Assembly: GCA_947175695.1 (NCBI GenBank)
Contig: CAMWNT010000002.1
Location: forward strand, 2,127 to 66,126
Source of the DNA: an uncultured Porphyromonadaceae bacterium
GTDB lineage: Bacteria > Bacteroidota > Bacteroidia > Bacteroidales > Muribaculaceae
DNA length: 64,000 bases
Reading direction: 5' to 3'
In this document: positions 9,600 to 19,341 of the stretch, one piece after another
Position numbering within the stretch: position 1 is the stretch's first letter
Layout of the letters: each line of letters starts with the position of its first letter
Translations under genes and position numbers: made by a program
The notes under the pieces: generated by a model
Databases searched by the model: none
Told to the model about the DNA's origin: nothing
The model's input: the letters and a program-made list of their open reading frames with translations, nothing else

Positions 9600-12500
9600 T
9601 CAACTGTTGTTGAGGGTCTTGAGCAACTGCTCGAGTCCATAGGGATCCATCAGCACCTGGCGGGGCTTGCCACCGAGCGAAGGGCCGACCACGCCGTAAT
9701 GTTCGAGCTGGTCCATGATCTTGCCGGCGCGGTTGTAGCCGATCGACAGACGTCGCTGAATGCCGGATGTAGAGCCGACTCCCGAAGTGACGACGATATC
9801 GGCCACTTCCTCGAAAAGCGGATCGCGCGATTCGATGCCCATTCCGCCACCGCCGCCGCCATCGGCGTCCATATCCACCGGATCCGGCAGAATATACGCG
9901 CCACTGTTGAACGGCTGAGCCGCGATATAGTTGCAGATACTCTCGACTTCCGGAGTATCGATAAACGCACACTGCACTCTGACCATCTCCGAATTGTTGC
10001 TTATCAGCATATCGCCCTTGCCTATCAGCTGCTGCGCGCCGGTGGTGTCGAGAATTGTCTTCGAGTCGACCCCGGAGCTGACCTTAAATGCGATTCTGAC
10101 CGGGAAGTTGGCTTTGATAATGCCGGTGATGACATTGGTCGACGGACGCTGTGTGGCGATGATGACGTGGATGCCGATCGCACGCGCCTTCTGCGCCAGT
10201 CGGGCAATCGGAGTCTCCACTTCCTTGCCCGATGTCATGATGAGATCGGCAAACTCATCGACAATGAGCACGATATAAGGCAAGAAGCGATGTCCGTCGT
10301 TGGGATTGAGCTGATGACGCTCGTATTTGGCGTTATACTCCTCGATGTTTCTGACCGAAGCCTCGCGAAGCAACTTATAGCGGTTGTCCATCTCGCGGCA
10401 AAGCGACTGAAGCGTCATGACGACTTTCGACATGTCAGTGACAATCGCCTCCGAATCGGCCAGTTTGGCGAGATAGTGACCCTCGATCTTGGCATAGAGT
10501 GAGAACTCCACTTCCTTCGGGTCGATCATGACGAATTTGAGTTCGTCGGGACGTTTCTTATACAACAACGAAGCGATGATAGCGTTCAGGCCTACCGATT
10601 TGCCCTGGCCCGTCGCGCCGGCGACGAGCAGGTGGGGCATCTTGGTCAGATCGGCGATATAGACGTCGTTGCCGATCGTCGATCCGAGTGCCACCGGCAG
10701 ACGATAGCGCGTCTCGGCATATGCCCGGCTGTCGATGATTGTGCGCATCGACACAGTCTGAGGCTCGGCGTTGGCGACTTCGATGCCGACTGTGCCTTTG
10801 CCGGGGATCGGAGCGATGACACGCACGCCCCGCGCCGCCAGACTCAACGCGATATCATCGGCGAGATTCTTGATGCGGGCGATCTTCACGCCCTGCTCCG
10901 GACGCACTTCATAGAGAGTCACTGTCGGGCCGACTGTCGCAGTGATCTGCGTGATCGGTATTTTATGATATAGAAGAGTCTCGCGGATTCGCTCTTTATT
11001 GGCGCTCTGCTCCTCGACATCGACTGTGATACGATGCTCGCCATCGCGAAGCATTCCTACCGACGGGAATTTATAGAACTTACGGATAAGGCTGCCATCA
11101 GCCGCCTCACGGGCGCTCGATGCGTTGCTTGCGTCAGTGTCGCCCTTGGCGATCTGATTGACATTGACCACCATCGACGGGCCGGCTGACGCGCCGGGAG
11201 TTTCAGCGTTATCGGATTTGTCGGATGCCGTTCCGGCGTCATCACGATCAGCGCCAAAGTCGTCGTCGGCCTCTTCGTCGGCCCGATCGTCGACTGAATC
11301 CGCGCCGATGCCGGAAGTCGCGTCGGCCGCATTGTCATCATGATTCGACCGATCTGCTGAATCGGAAGCCTCTGAATCGGAAGCCGCCGGAGCGGCGACA
11401 AGTCCGGCCGCGGATGCGGCGCCGACCGACAGTGTCGTGTCGCGGAATCCATCAGCAGCCGATTCGGGAGCTTGCTCGGTCGACTTGTCGGCGACAGCGA
11501 CTTCTCCCGACAGCGACTGACTGTAGCCGTCACTCTCATCCGCCATATCGTCAGAATCCCCACCCGGTCGGGTGTAGGTCAAATCGGCGGGATCGTCATA
11601 GGTTGTATCGTAGGGATGGTCATAGCGGTCAGGCTCTACCTCATCCCCCAGAGAATAGCCCTGCATGGAAGGATCGATATCGACCTCCTCCCCCTCGAAC
11701 TTCATGGAATTGTCGGGCTCGGCTTCCTCTTTGGAGCGGGCGGCCGCTTCACCGGCGCGCACAGCATCTTCGAGTTCGCGAAGACGCATCTCCTCAAGCT
11801 CGCGCTCCAAAGCCTCTTGCTCACGCTTGATCCGGAGAGCCTCGCGACGACGCTCCGCTATTTTATTGCGCTTGCGGATGATCCAATTGACCACGTCGCG
11901 AAGGCAGATGACAAAGAACGACGCCACAAACGCCATGCAGAGGATGGCCGCGCCGATCCAGCCACAGAATCCGATGATGAATTCATTGACATAGCGACCG
12001 TGATAGCCGCCCCAGTTGACGGGGGTGTTCCATGCGAGCGTAAGCAATCCGACGATGAGCGACACTGTGATGAGCGCCACTATGCATTTGATCGTGAAAT
12101 TGATTGTCTTGAAGCGCGGCCAGCCGCAAAGCAGCTTGAGCGCCATTACGGAGATCCAGAGAATCAGCACAAACGAGCCGATGCCAAACGAGCCGTTGAT
12201 CAGAAACTCCGACAATCGCGCTCCCCCTTCACCGGCCGAATTGCCCACCGGCGGAAGACTCCCTATCGGAGAATTGACAATCGCCGCCTGGTCCTCAATG
12301 CAATTGGCCAGATAAGAAAAGAAAGCCACAAGCAGATAGATCGCAAACGAGCCGAGGAATATGCCCGCGAGCCATCTGAAGGTCTGACTTTGGAAAAACG
12401 CACTGATACGCCCGGCAAGTGTGACGGGCGTATCGGTCGGTGATGCGGAGGCCTTGGGCTTCGAAGGCTGCCGCTTCTGTTTTGTCACACGGCGCGATCT

Positions 12501-12641
12501 GGGAGCCTGGCGTTTTTTACGGTCGAGAGTTGCGATTTCTTCATTTGCGTCGTCTGCCGACCGATTAGTGTCTGCCGAAGTGACCGGAATGTCGATCACA
12601 GGGCTGTAGGAATCTTTGTATGTAGTTCGATTTTCTGCCAT
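9600..12641 (-). CDS. ftsK: DNA translocase FtsK
   Basis: N-terminal TM domain, acidic linker, MPHLLVAGATGQGKS, IVDEFADL, gamma domain SIGYNRAGKIMDQLE. Confidence 0.96.
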   Translation of the reverse strand: MAENRTTYKDSYSPVIDIPVTSADTNRSADDANEEIATLDRKKRQAPRSRRVTKQKRQPSKPKASASPTDTPVTLAGRISAFFQSQTFRWLAGIFLGSFAIYLLVAFFSYLANCIEDQAAIVNSPIGSLPPVGNSAGEGGARLSEFLINGSFGIGSFVLILWISVMALKLLCGWPRFKTINFTIKCIVALITVSLIVGLLTLAWNTPVNWGGYHGRYVNEFIIGFCGWIGAAILCMAFVASFFVICLRDVVNWIIRKRNKIAERRREALRIKREQEALERELEEMRLRELEDAVRAGEAAARSKEEAEPDNSMKFEGEEVDIDPSMQGYSLGDEVEPDRYDHPYDTTYDDPADLTYTRPGGDSDDMADESDGYSQSLSGEVAVADKSTEQAPESAADGFRDTTLSVGAASAAGLVAAPAASDSEASDSADRSNHDDNAADATSGIGADSVDDRADEEADDDFGADRDDAGTASDKSDNAETPGASAGPSMVVNVNQIAKGDTDASNASSAREAADGSLIRKFYKFPSVGMLRDGEHRITVDVEEQSANKERIRETLLYHKIPITQITATVGPTVTLYEVRPEQGVKIARIKNLADDIALSLAARGVRVIAPIPGKGTVGIEVANAEPQTVSMRTIIDSRAYAETRYRLPVALGSTIGNDVYIADLTKMPHLLVAGATGQGKSVGLNAIIASLLYKKRPDELKFVMIDPKEVEFSLYAKIEGHYLAKLADSEAIVTDMSKVVMTLQSLCREMDNRYKLLREASVRNIEEYNAKYERHQLNPNDGHRFLPYIVLIVDEFADLIMTSGKEVETPIARLAQKARAIGIHVIIATQRPSTNVITGIIKANFPVRIAFKVSSGVDSKTILDTTGAQQLIGKGDMLISNNSEMVRVQCAFIDTPEVESICNYIAAQPFNSGAYILPDPVDMDADGGGGGGMGIESRDPLFEEVADIVVTSGVGSTSGIQRRLSIGYNRAGKIMDQLEHYGVVGPSLGGKPRQVLMDPYGLEQLLKTLNNS

Positions 12642-12704
12642 TATAAATATTTTTCTCCCGCATTCTCATTTGCGGAACTTTGTCATACGCGGGCGATGAA
12701 GAGC

Positions 12705-13763
12705 TCACTCCCCGGGCACTTCATCATGGCCCGAATTGACGGGAGTAGCTTCGGAGCTACCGGACTTTTCCGATTTCAACGAATCGTCGGAGGGCGACGG
12801 CGTTGTCTCCGGATGGAGATCAATTGTGTCGACGCCCGATGTCGACGACGACGCCGTCGTATCGGCTGCAGAAGCCGCCGGAGCGGCCTGCTTCGGAGCG
12901 AGGTCGGCCTCTGAGTACTTGCCGGGGCGACAAGGCTCGCCGCCGGGCACGACCGGAACACTCGGCACATAATAACCCTCCTGCTCATTGACCACCATGT
13001 CGCGCGGACCGGGCGATACAATCACAGGCTCGCCGACACTGCAGAGTTCGTGGATGCGCATGATATTCTCATTGGTTATGCGGATGCATCCGTGCGAACG
13101 GCGGCCGCCGATACTCCATGGAGCGCATGTGCCGTGAATGCCCACCTGCGATGTGACGGGCGTCTTAAGGCGCATAAACCTCGGGCCGAACTGGCCCTTG
13201 ACGGGCGATGTCTTGCCATCGTCGTCGGTATAGAGCCACTCGGTCGAATCGTAGATTCCCGAGATCGTGAAGAACCCCTCGGGCGTACGATTGTCGCGGC
13301 GCGCATGCTTAGTGCCGTAATTGCGCGAACAAGCCATGCCGACACGCTCCTGCTCTACCCCATACTTATCGTAGCGGTAGATCTTCATCGTGTTTTTATC
13401 GACGATCAAAAAACCGTCGTATTCATTATCGAGAAGCCGCGACGCATACTCCGGCACATACTTGGCCATCGTCGGGATGATTCCCTTTTCATAGCGCGCG
13501 CGATCGGGCGATTCGGCTATGAACCGCTCGATCTCCTCCCTTGAGCGTATGACCAAGGGCTTCTCCTTCTCCTCTTTCACCGTGTCGGCGTCGATTGTCT
13601 CGGGCATCACCGAGTCAAACGCCAGGCCGGCGCCCGATGCCGAATCGGCATCGCCATTCCCTCCCCTGCCGGAACATGAGACTATTGCCATGGCTCCCAG
13701 CATAATTAACGAACTCAATATTCCTCCGGCAATCCTGCGCCGGACACTATAATTTCTACTCAT
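12705..13763 (-). CDS. L,D-transpeptidase (YkuD family) lipoprotein
   Basis: TPEGFF, GIHGT...SIGGRRSHGCIRI catalytic motif; lipobox AIVSC; Ser/Pro/acidic tail; start reassigned to ATG 13763. Confidence 0.85.
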   Translation of the reverse strand: MSRNYSVRRRIAGGILSSLIMLGAMAIVSCSGRGGNGDADSASGAGLAFDSVMPETIDADTVKEEKEKPLVIRSREEIERFIAESPDRARYEKGIIPTMAKYVPEYASRLLDNEYDGFLIVDKNTMKIYRYDKYGVEQERVGMACSRNYGTKHARRDNRTPEGFFTISGIYDSTEWLYTDDDGKTSPVKGQFGPRFMRLKTPVTSQVGIHGTCAPWSIGGRRSHGCIRITNENIMRIHELCSVGEPVIVSPGPRDMVVNEQEGYYVPSVPVVPGGEPCRPGKYSEADLAPKQAAPAASAADTTASSSTSGVDTIDLHPETTPSPSDDSLKSEKSGSSEATPVNSGHDEVPGE

Positions 13764-13916
13764 TGCGTTGTTGTCATACACATCATGCCGCATTCTTATG
13801 CGGAATCCGGCAAGACTTTCTAAAGAACTCAGGATTTCGCGTCTCCACCGGGGGGGAAGACGCCCCGGCAACGCTCCCGATTCTCCGACAGCGACCCGGA
13901 TTTACAAATATGAGTG

Positions 13917-13955
13917 CAAAGATAACAAGAATTTGAGAAATTTTTATTAAATTCG
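13917..13955. promoter_or_regulatory. Divergent promoter pair
   Basis: Minus strand TATCTTTG (13917-13924) and plus strand TAAATTCG (13948-13955). Confidence 0.5.
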
Positions 13956-13960
13956 CATCA

Positions 13961-14185
13961 ATGAAACAAAATAATTCTCAAAAAAGCATCTTCTATTCCC
14001 GTATTTTCGGAATTGTCGTGTTGGCCGTCCTTTGGATCGTGCTGATATGCGTGCTTTTCGACAGAGGCGGCTTCAACCCCAAAAATGTGCTGACCGCCAT
14101 CTTCTCGGGAATTATCATCTTCTATCCCCTATGGAAGAAATATCTTCAACCGATATTCGACGACCGCAAGAAAAACAATCCATGA
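13961..14185 (+). CDS. Small two-TM hypothetical membrane protein
   Basis: 74 aa with two hydrophobic segments and a basic tail; its TGA overlaps the dxs ATG (ATGA 14182-14185). Confidence 0.7.
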   Translation: MKQNNSQKSIFYSRIFGIVVLAVLWIVLICVLFDRGGFNPKNVLTAIFSGIIIFYPLWKKYLQPIFDDRKKNNP

Positions 14186-16134
14186 AAGATTCTTCACCGA
14201 CCCCTCTGCTCGACAGAATCGATTCTCCGGCCGACCTGCGCAAGCTCCCGGCCGACGCGCTTCCGCAAGTCTGCGAGGAAGTGCGCCGATTTCTGATTGA
14301 TTCTTTGAGCCGCAATCCCGGTCATTTCGCCTCAAGCATGGGCGCCGTGGAGATCATCGTGGCGCTCCATTACGTCTTTGACACTCCGGCCGACCGCATT
14401 GTATTCGATGTCGGCCACCAGGCTTACGCCCATAAATTGCTGACCGGCCGACGCGACCTTTTTGCGTCGCAGCGCACTCTTGAGGGCATCTCGGGCTTCC
14501 CCAATCCTGCGGAATCGCCTTACGACACGTTTGTCGCCGGGCATGCGTCGAATTCAATCTCGGCAGCGCTCGGCATGGCCATAGCCGATAAGCTCACTCC
14601 CGGCAACGAGCAACGCAAGACCGTAGCTCTGATCGGAGACGCTTCGATTTCAGGCGGCCTCGCTTTTGAAGGACTCAACAACGCCGCCAACAACCCCAAC
14701 GACCTGCTGATCATCCTCAACGACAATGAGATGAGCATCGACAATAATGTCGGTGCGTTGCATCATTATCTGTCGGAGCTCTCGACTTCGCTCGGCTATA
14801 ACCGAATGCGAAAGAAAATCTACGACATATTCCGAAGCCGGGGATATATCGGCGACAACGGCAAGGGGATGATCTTGCGTTTCAACAATTCGATCAAAGC
14901 GCTTGTATCTAAACAGCAGAATATTTTCGAAGGCCTGAATATCCGATATTTCGGTCCGTTTGACGGCAACGACATTAATAAGGTGGTGAAGGTGCTGGGC
15001 GAAATCAAGAATATGACTGGGCCGCGCATACTTCATCTCCACACCAAGAAAGGGAAGGGCTACTCGCCCGCTGAAGCGGACCCGACCACCTGGCACGCGC
15101 CGGGCAAGTTTGATCCGTCGACCGGACGGCGCGACAACAGCGGCGCCAATGCCGTGCCGCTTTGGCAGGAAGTGTTCGGCTCTTCGCTCGTCGATCTCGC
15201 CGCCAACGACGACGCCATTGTCGGCATCACGGCCGCCATGCCGTCGGGCACATCGATGTCGATGATGCTGAAGAGTTTCCCCGACCGCACTTTCGATGTC
15301 GGCATTTCAGAGGGCCATGCCGTCACTTTCGCGGGCGGCCTCGCGGCTGCCGGCAAGCACCCGTTTGTCGCAATCTACAGCGCCTTTCTGCAGCGCGCCT
15401 ATGACAATATAATCCACGATGTCGCGATCCAGGGATTGCCCGTGACTTTCTGCATCGACCGAGCCGGTCTCGTAGGCGAGGATGGAGTAACCCACCACGG
15501 GCTGTTCGATCTTGTATATTTAAGGTGTATCCCCGGAATGGCCGTGGCCGCACCAATGGATGCCCCGACCCTGCGGCGGCTCATGCTGACAGCCCGTCGC
15601 CACGACGGGCCGATGGCTATCCGATATCCGCGCGGCAGAGTGCCTGCGGAGTCGGCTACTCCTGTGCCGGCCTCGGAATGCGCACCCCTCGAAATCGGTC
15701 GCGCCCGGCAGATCCGGCACCATGAGGGAGCAAAAACGGCGATTCTTTCGCTTGGCGACTCGGGCAATGAATCGCTGAAAGCTATCGAAATTCTCGCAAA
15801 TGAGGGGATCAAGGCCGACATTTACGACATGATCTGGCTCAAGCCGCTCGACGACAAGACTCTGGCCGATGTCGCCGCGAACTACGACGCGATCATCACT
15901 GTTGAGGATGGAGCGCGCGAAGGTGGCTTCGGTTCGGCAGTCGCCCAATGGCTCGCCGCCAACACCACGCCCGACAGCCGCCCGAAACTGATCACACTGG
16001 CCATCCCCGACCGATGGATATCGCAAGGCTCCACCGCACAGCTCCGCTCTCTGGCCGGAATCGATGCCGATGCGATAGCCAACGCTGTCAGAGAAGCCGA
16101 TAGGGATCAACCTCATCACGCCAACGCGGAATAG
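14182..16134 (+). CDS. dxs: 1-deoxy-D-xylulose-5-phosphate synthase
   Basis: DVGHQAYAHKLLTGR, GHASNSIS, GDAS...NDNEMSI, DRAGLVGEDGVTHHG; start reassigned to ATG 14182. Confidence 0.96.
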   Translation: MKDSSPTPLLDRIDSPADLRKLPADALPQVCEEVRRFLIDSLSRNPGHFASSMGAVEIIVALHYVFDTPADRIVFDVGHQAYAHKLLTGRRDLFASQRTLEGISGFPNPAESPYDTFVAGHASNSISAALGMAIADKLTPGNEQRKTVALIGDASISGGLAFEGLNNAANNPNDLLIILNDNEMSIDNNVGALHHYLSELSTSLGYNRMRKKIYDIFRSRGYIGDNGKGMILRFNNSIKALVSKQQNIFEGLNIRYFGPFDGNDINKVVKVLGEIKNMTGPRILHLHTKKGKGYSPAEADPTTWHAPGKFDPSTGRRDNSGANAVPLWQEVFGSSLVDLAANDDAIVGITAAMPSGTSMSMMLKSFPDRTFDVGISEGHAVTFAGGLAAAGKHPFVAIYSAFLQRAYDNIIHDVAIQGLPVTFCIDRAGLVGEDGVTHHGLFDLVYLRCIPGMAVAAPMDAPTLRRLMLTARRHDGPMAIRYPRGRVPAESATPVPASECAPLEIGRARQIRHHEGAKTAILSLGDSGNESLKAIEILANEGIKADIYDMIWLKPLDDKTLADVAANYDAIITVEDGAREGGFGSAVAQWLAANTTPDSRPKLITLAIPDRWISQGSTAQLRSLAGIDADAIANAVREADRDQPHHANAE

Positions 16135-16146
16135 ACTTCCACAATT

Positions 16147-16234
16147 TAAGAGTATGTTTACTTTTAACTTAAACCGTTTCTAAGAGAGTGTTTACTTTTA
16201 ACTCGATTAAATAAAAACTCAACCCGTCTCTTAG
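16147..16234 (+). repeat. Two tandem MITE terminal-repeat copies
   Basis: TAAGAGTATGTTTACTTTTAACT (16147) and TAAGAGAGTGTTTACTTTTAACTCGATTAAA (16181), similar to the ends of 31063-31260. Confidence 0.7.
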
Positions 16235-16250
16235 CGATTAACCTACAGCT

Positions 16251-17585
16251 GTGAAAATCATTATCGCCGGCGCCGGCGAAGTGGGATGCCACCTCGCAAA
16301 GATGCTCTCTCGCGAGGATCAGGATATCATCCTGATCGACAACGAACAAGCCAAACTCGACGCCATTGATTCTAATTATAATCTGATGACCTGGAACGGG
16401 AGCACATCCTCGTTCAGCACATTGCGCGACGTCGGAGTCGACGAATGCGATCTCTATATCGCCGTCACCCCCTTCGAGACACGCAATATCACGTCGTGCT
16501 CGATCGCCAAGCGTCTGGGCGCGAAAAAGACTGTGGCTCGAATCGACAATTCGGAGTTTCTTAAGCCGGAAAACGGTCGCATACTGAAGGAAGTCGGCGC
16601 GGATTTCCTTATCTATCCCGAAAATCTGGCGGCTTCCGAAATCAATATGGCACTCTCCCACAACTGGGCTCGCTATTGGGGCGAGCTCCATAACGGCCGG
16701 CTTGTGCTTATCGGCGTGAAGCTCCATTCGGAGTCGGAATTGATCGATAAGAAGTTGCGCGACATCACAGTCTCAACCCACGATTTTCACGTAGCGGCCG
16801 TCAAACGCAACAACGAGACAATCATCCCGACCGGCAACGACGAGCTGCATCGCGATGATATCGTGTATTTTATCACCACTCCCCCCTATATCAATCAGGT
16901 CAGGGATATCTGCGGCAAGCGGAAGCGTGTGATCAAGAAAGCGCTCGTCATGGGCGGATCGCGAATCACCACCCGCTTCGCCTCGCTCTACAGCGATAAA
17001 TACGACCTGCGCATCATCGAGCCCGACCGAAACATCTGCGAACGAATCGCGACGAATCTCCCGGAGTGTGAGGTAGTCATGGGCGACGGCCGCGATATCG
17101 AAGTGCTGCGTGAGAACAATATCTATCAGTATGACGCCTTCCTCGCACTGACGGAGTCGTCGGAGACCAATATCCTTTCATGCCTGACAGCCAAGGAATT
17201 CGGAGTACCGAAAACGATAGCCGATGTAGAAAATCTACAATTCTTCTCCCAGGCCGAGAATCTCAATATCGGCACAATCATAAATAAGAAACTGCTGGCA
17301 TCGTCGAGAATATTCAAGATTCTGCTCGATGCCGACGAGAGCAACGCCAAGTTCTTGATGCTGGCCGACGCGGAAGTGGCTGAATTGCAAGCCCGGGAAG
17401 GCTCGAAGATCACCAAAGCACCGGTCAAAGATCTGAAGCTCCCCTTCGGCATGACCCTTGCCGCACTCGTCAGAGGCGACAATTGCGAACTGATCTCCGG
17501 CATGACCCATATCATGCCCGACGATTACGTCGTGGTGTTCTGCCTATCGGGCATCTTCTCGAAAGTGGAGAAACTCTTCTCTTAG
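16251..17585 (+). CDS. trkA: Trk potassium uptake NAD-binding subunit
   Basis: MKIIIAGAGEVG, two RCK repeats, 444 aa. Confidence 0.95.
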   Translation: MKIIIAGAGEVGCHLAKMLSREDQDIILIDNEQAKLDAIDSNYNLMTWNGSTSSFSTLRDVGVDECDLYIAVTPFETRNITSCSIAKRLGAKKTVARIDNSEFLKPENGRILKEVGADFLIYPENLAASEINMALSHNWARYWGELHNGRLVLIGVKLHSESELIDKKLRDITVSTHDFHVAAVKRNNETIIPTGNDELHRDDIVYFITTPPYINQVRDICGKRKRVIKKALVMGGSRITTRFASLYSDKYDLRIIEPDRNICERIATNLPECEVVMGDGRDIEVLRENNIYQYDAFLALTESSETNILSCLTAKEFGVPKTIADVENLQFFSQAENLNIGTIINKKLLASSRIFKILLDADESNAKFLMLADAEVAELQAREGSKITKAPVKDLKLPFGMTLAALVRGDNCELISGMTHIMPDDYVVVFCLSGIFSKVEKLFS

Positions 17586-17656
17586 GTCAGACAGGTCTGA
17601 CAGGTCCGACAGGTCCGACAAGTCTGACAGGTCAGACAGGTCAGACAGGTCAGACT
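17585..17656. repeat. 9-bp tandem repeat, 8 units of RGTCNGACW
   Basis: GGTCAGACA GGTCTGACA GGTCCGACA GGTCCGACA AGTCTGACA GGTCAGACA GGTCAGACA GGTCAGACT. Confidence 0.92.
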
Positions 17657-17690
17657 CCCCCGACTCCCCACATAACACTAAAACTCAAAA

Positions 17691-19166
17691 GTGTATACCT
17701 ACAGGAAAAGATCCTACATCAACATCCCGATGCTGCTTCGCATAATCGGCTGGCTTCTTATCATCGAAGCGGCCATTATGGCTGTGCCCTGCATCGTCGG
17801 AGTTTGCTATGGCGAGGGAAGCACACTCCGCTTCCTGCTCTGCATGGCAGTGACAGCCGGAGTGGGCTTCGCATTGAAGAGCCTGCGCCCGAAGAATCGC
17901 GACATGGGTCAGCGGGAGGCAATTTTGCTGACCGGACTGACATGGGTCATCCTTTCGATGTTCGGTATGCTCCCCTTCCTGCTTTGCGGCACACATTTCT
18001 CCATCTCTGACGCTTTCTTCGAGACAATGTCGGGATTCACCACCACCGGCGCTTCCGTGCTCGACACACTTGAGGGGGTTCCCCATTCGATCCTTATATG
18101 GCGATGCATCGGCCAATGGATCGGCGGCCTGGGGATAATTCTCTTCACGCTGGCGGTAGTGCCGATGCTCAACACCTCCGGCGGCATGCTGCTCTTCAAC
18201 GCGGAAGTGACCGGAATCACCCACGACAAACTGCAGCCGCGCATCGGCAACACATCGAAGGGCCTCTGGATGGTGTATATAGTTTTGACTGTCATTCTGA
18301 TGGTGCTGCTCGCCTTCTCCGACATGGACGGCTTCGACGCCATCTGCTATGGAATGTCGACAATGTCGACCGGCGGATTCGCCAACTCCGACCTCTCCCT
18401 CGGACGATGGGATTCGCTCTATATCAAGATCGTGATGACCATCTTCATGTTTCTCGGGGGCGTCAATTTCTCGCTACTTTTCGGATTGGCCAAGGGCAAA
18501 TGGCGCGGCATCTTCCATAACGACGCGCTCCGCTGCTATGTCTGGATCACACTGGCCTGCTATGCAATCTTCACCATCAACATCATCGCGCGAGGCATGA
18601 TGAATAGCTATCAGGACGTGACGATCGACCCGCTGTTTCAAGCTGTCTCAATCCTCTCGTCGACCGGCCTGACCGAGCCCGACTTCCACGACTGGGGTGC
18701 AGTCAGCGTCATCGTGCTGACGATCATGATGATCATGGGCGCGTGCGCGGGAAGCACGTCGGGCGGAGCCAAAATCGACCGATTCATCATCCTGACGCGA
18801 TTCCTGCGCAATGAATTCTATCGCATGATGCACCCCAATGCGATACGCACAGTCGTCATCAACGGCAAGGGAACCCCTCCGGCCATATTGATGAAGACGC
18901 TCGCTTTCTTGTTTATGTATATCATCGTCATCACGGCCGGTGCGATCGCGCTAATGGTGTGCGGTCTGCCGCTGAAGGATGGTTTTTTCTGCGCGCTATC
19001 CGCCGTCAGCAACACCGGACTCGGCACCGATATGACCGGCATCGAAGGCAACTACTCGCAAGTGTCGGACATGGCTAAATGGATACTCAGTTTCCTGATG
19101 CTGACCGGGCGTCTGGAGCTTTACACTATCTTGCTGATTTTCACCCCGGGATTCTGGAAGAAGTGA
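17691..19166 (+). CDS. trkH: Trk potassium uptake membrane subunit
   Basis: FETMSGFTTTGA, QWIGGLGII, STGGF, CAGSTSGGAK, MLTGRLE. Confidence 0.95.
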   Translation: MYTYRKRSYINIPMLLRIIGWLLIIEAAIMAVPCIVGVCYGEGSTLRFLLCMAVTAGVGFALKSLRPKNRDMGQREAILLTGLTWVILSMFGMLPFLLCGTHFSISDAFFETMSGFTTTGASVLDTLEGVPHSILIWRCIGQWIGGLGIILFTLAVVPMLNTSGGMLLFNAEVTGITHDKLQPRIGNTSKGLWMVYIVLTVILMVLLAFSDMDGFDAICYGMSTMSTGGFANSDLSLGRWDSLYIKIVMTIFMFLGGVNFSLLFGLAKGKWRGIFHNDALRCYVWITLACYAIFTINIIARGMMNSYQDVTIDPLFQAVSILSSTGLTEPDFHDWGAVSVIVLTIMMIMGACAGSTSGGAKIDRFIILTRFLRNEFYRMMHPNAIRTVVINGKGTPPAILMKTLAFLFMYIIVITAGAIALMVCGLPLKDGFFCALSAVSNTGLGTDMTGIEGNYSQVSDMAKWILSFLMLTGRLELYTILLIFTPGFWKK

Positions 19167-19310
19167 ATGTTTTTGAAAATCATACCACGCTGATTTTCAG
19201 CTAAAGTTTTCCAAAACTTTTTGCAACCGATTGATTTATTGCGGATTATAAAATCCGCAACAGAGAATTGTTGTCCAAAACAAAAATTTTGAAAATTCTT
19301 CGCGAAATAG

Positions 19311-19341
19311 TTTGCCATATAAAATCTTTGCAGTAACTTTG
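19311..19341 (+). promoter_or_regulatory. nrdD promoter
   Basis: TTTG-N19-TAACTTTG. Confidence 0.75.

Noticed and set aside
11050-11760. Acidic low-complexity stretch in ftsK as an insertion or intein
   Set aside because: FtsK linkers are normally variable and disordered, and there are no intein motifs.
17483-18010. ORF with collagen-like GQT-GLT-GPT repeats
   Set aside because: It is a translation by-product of the 9-bp repeat and overlaps trkA and trkH out of frame.
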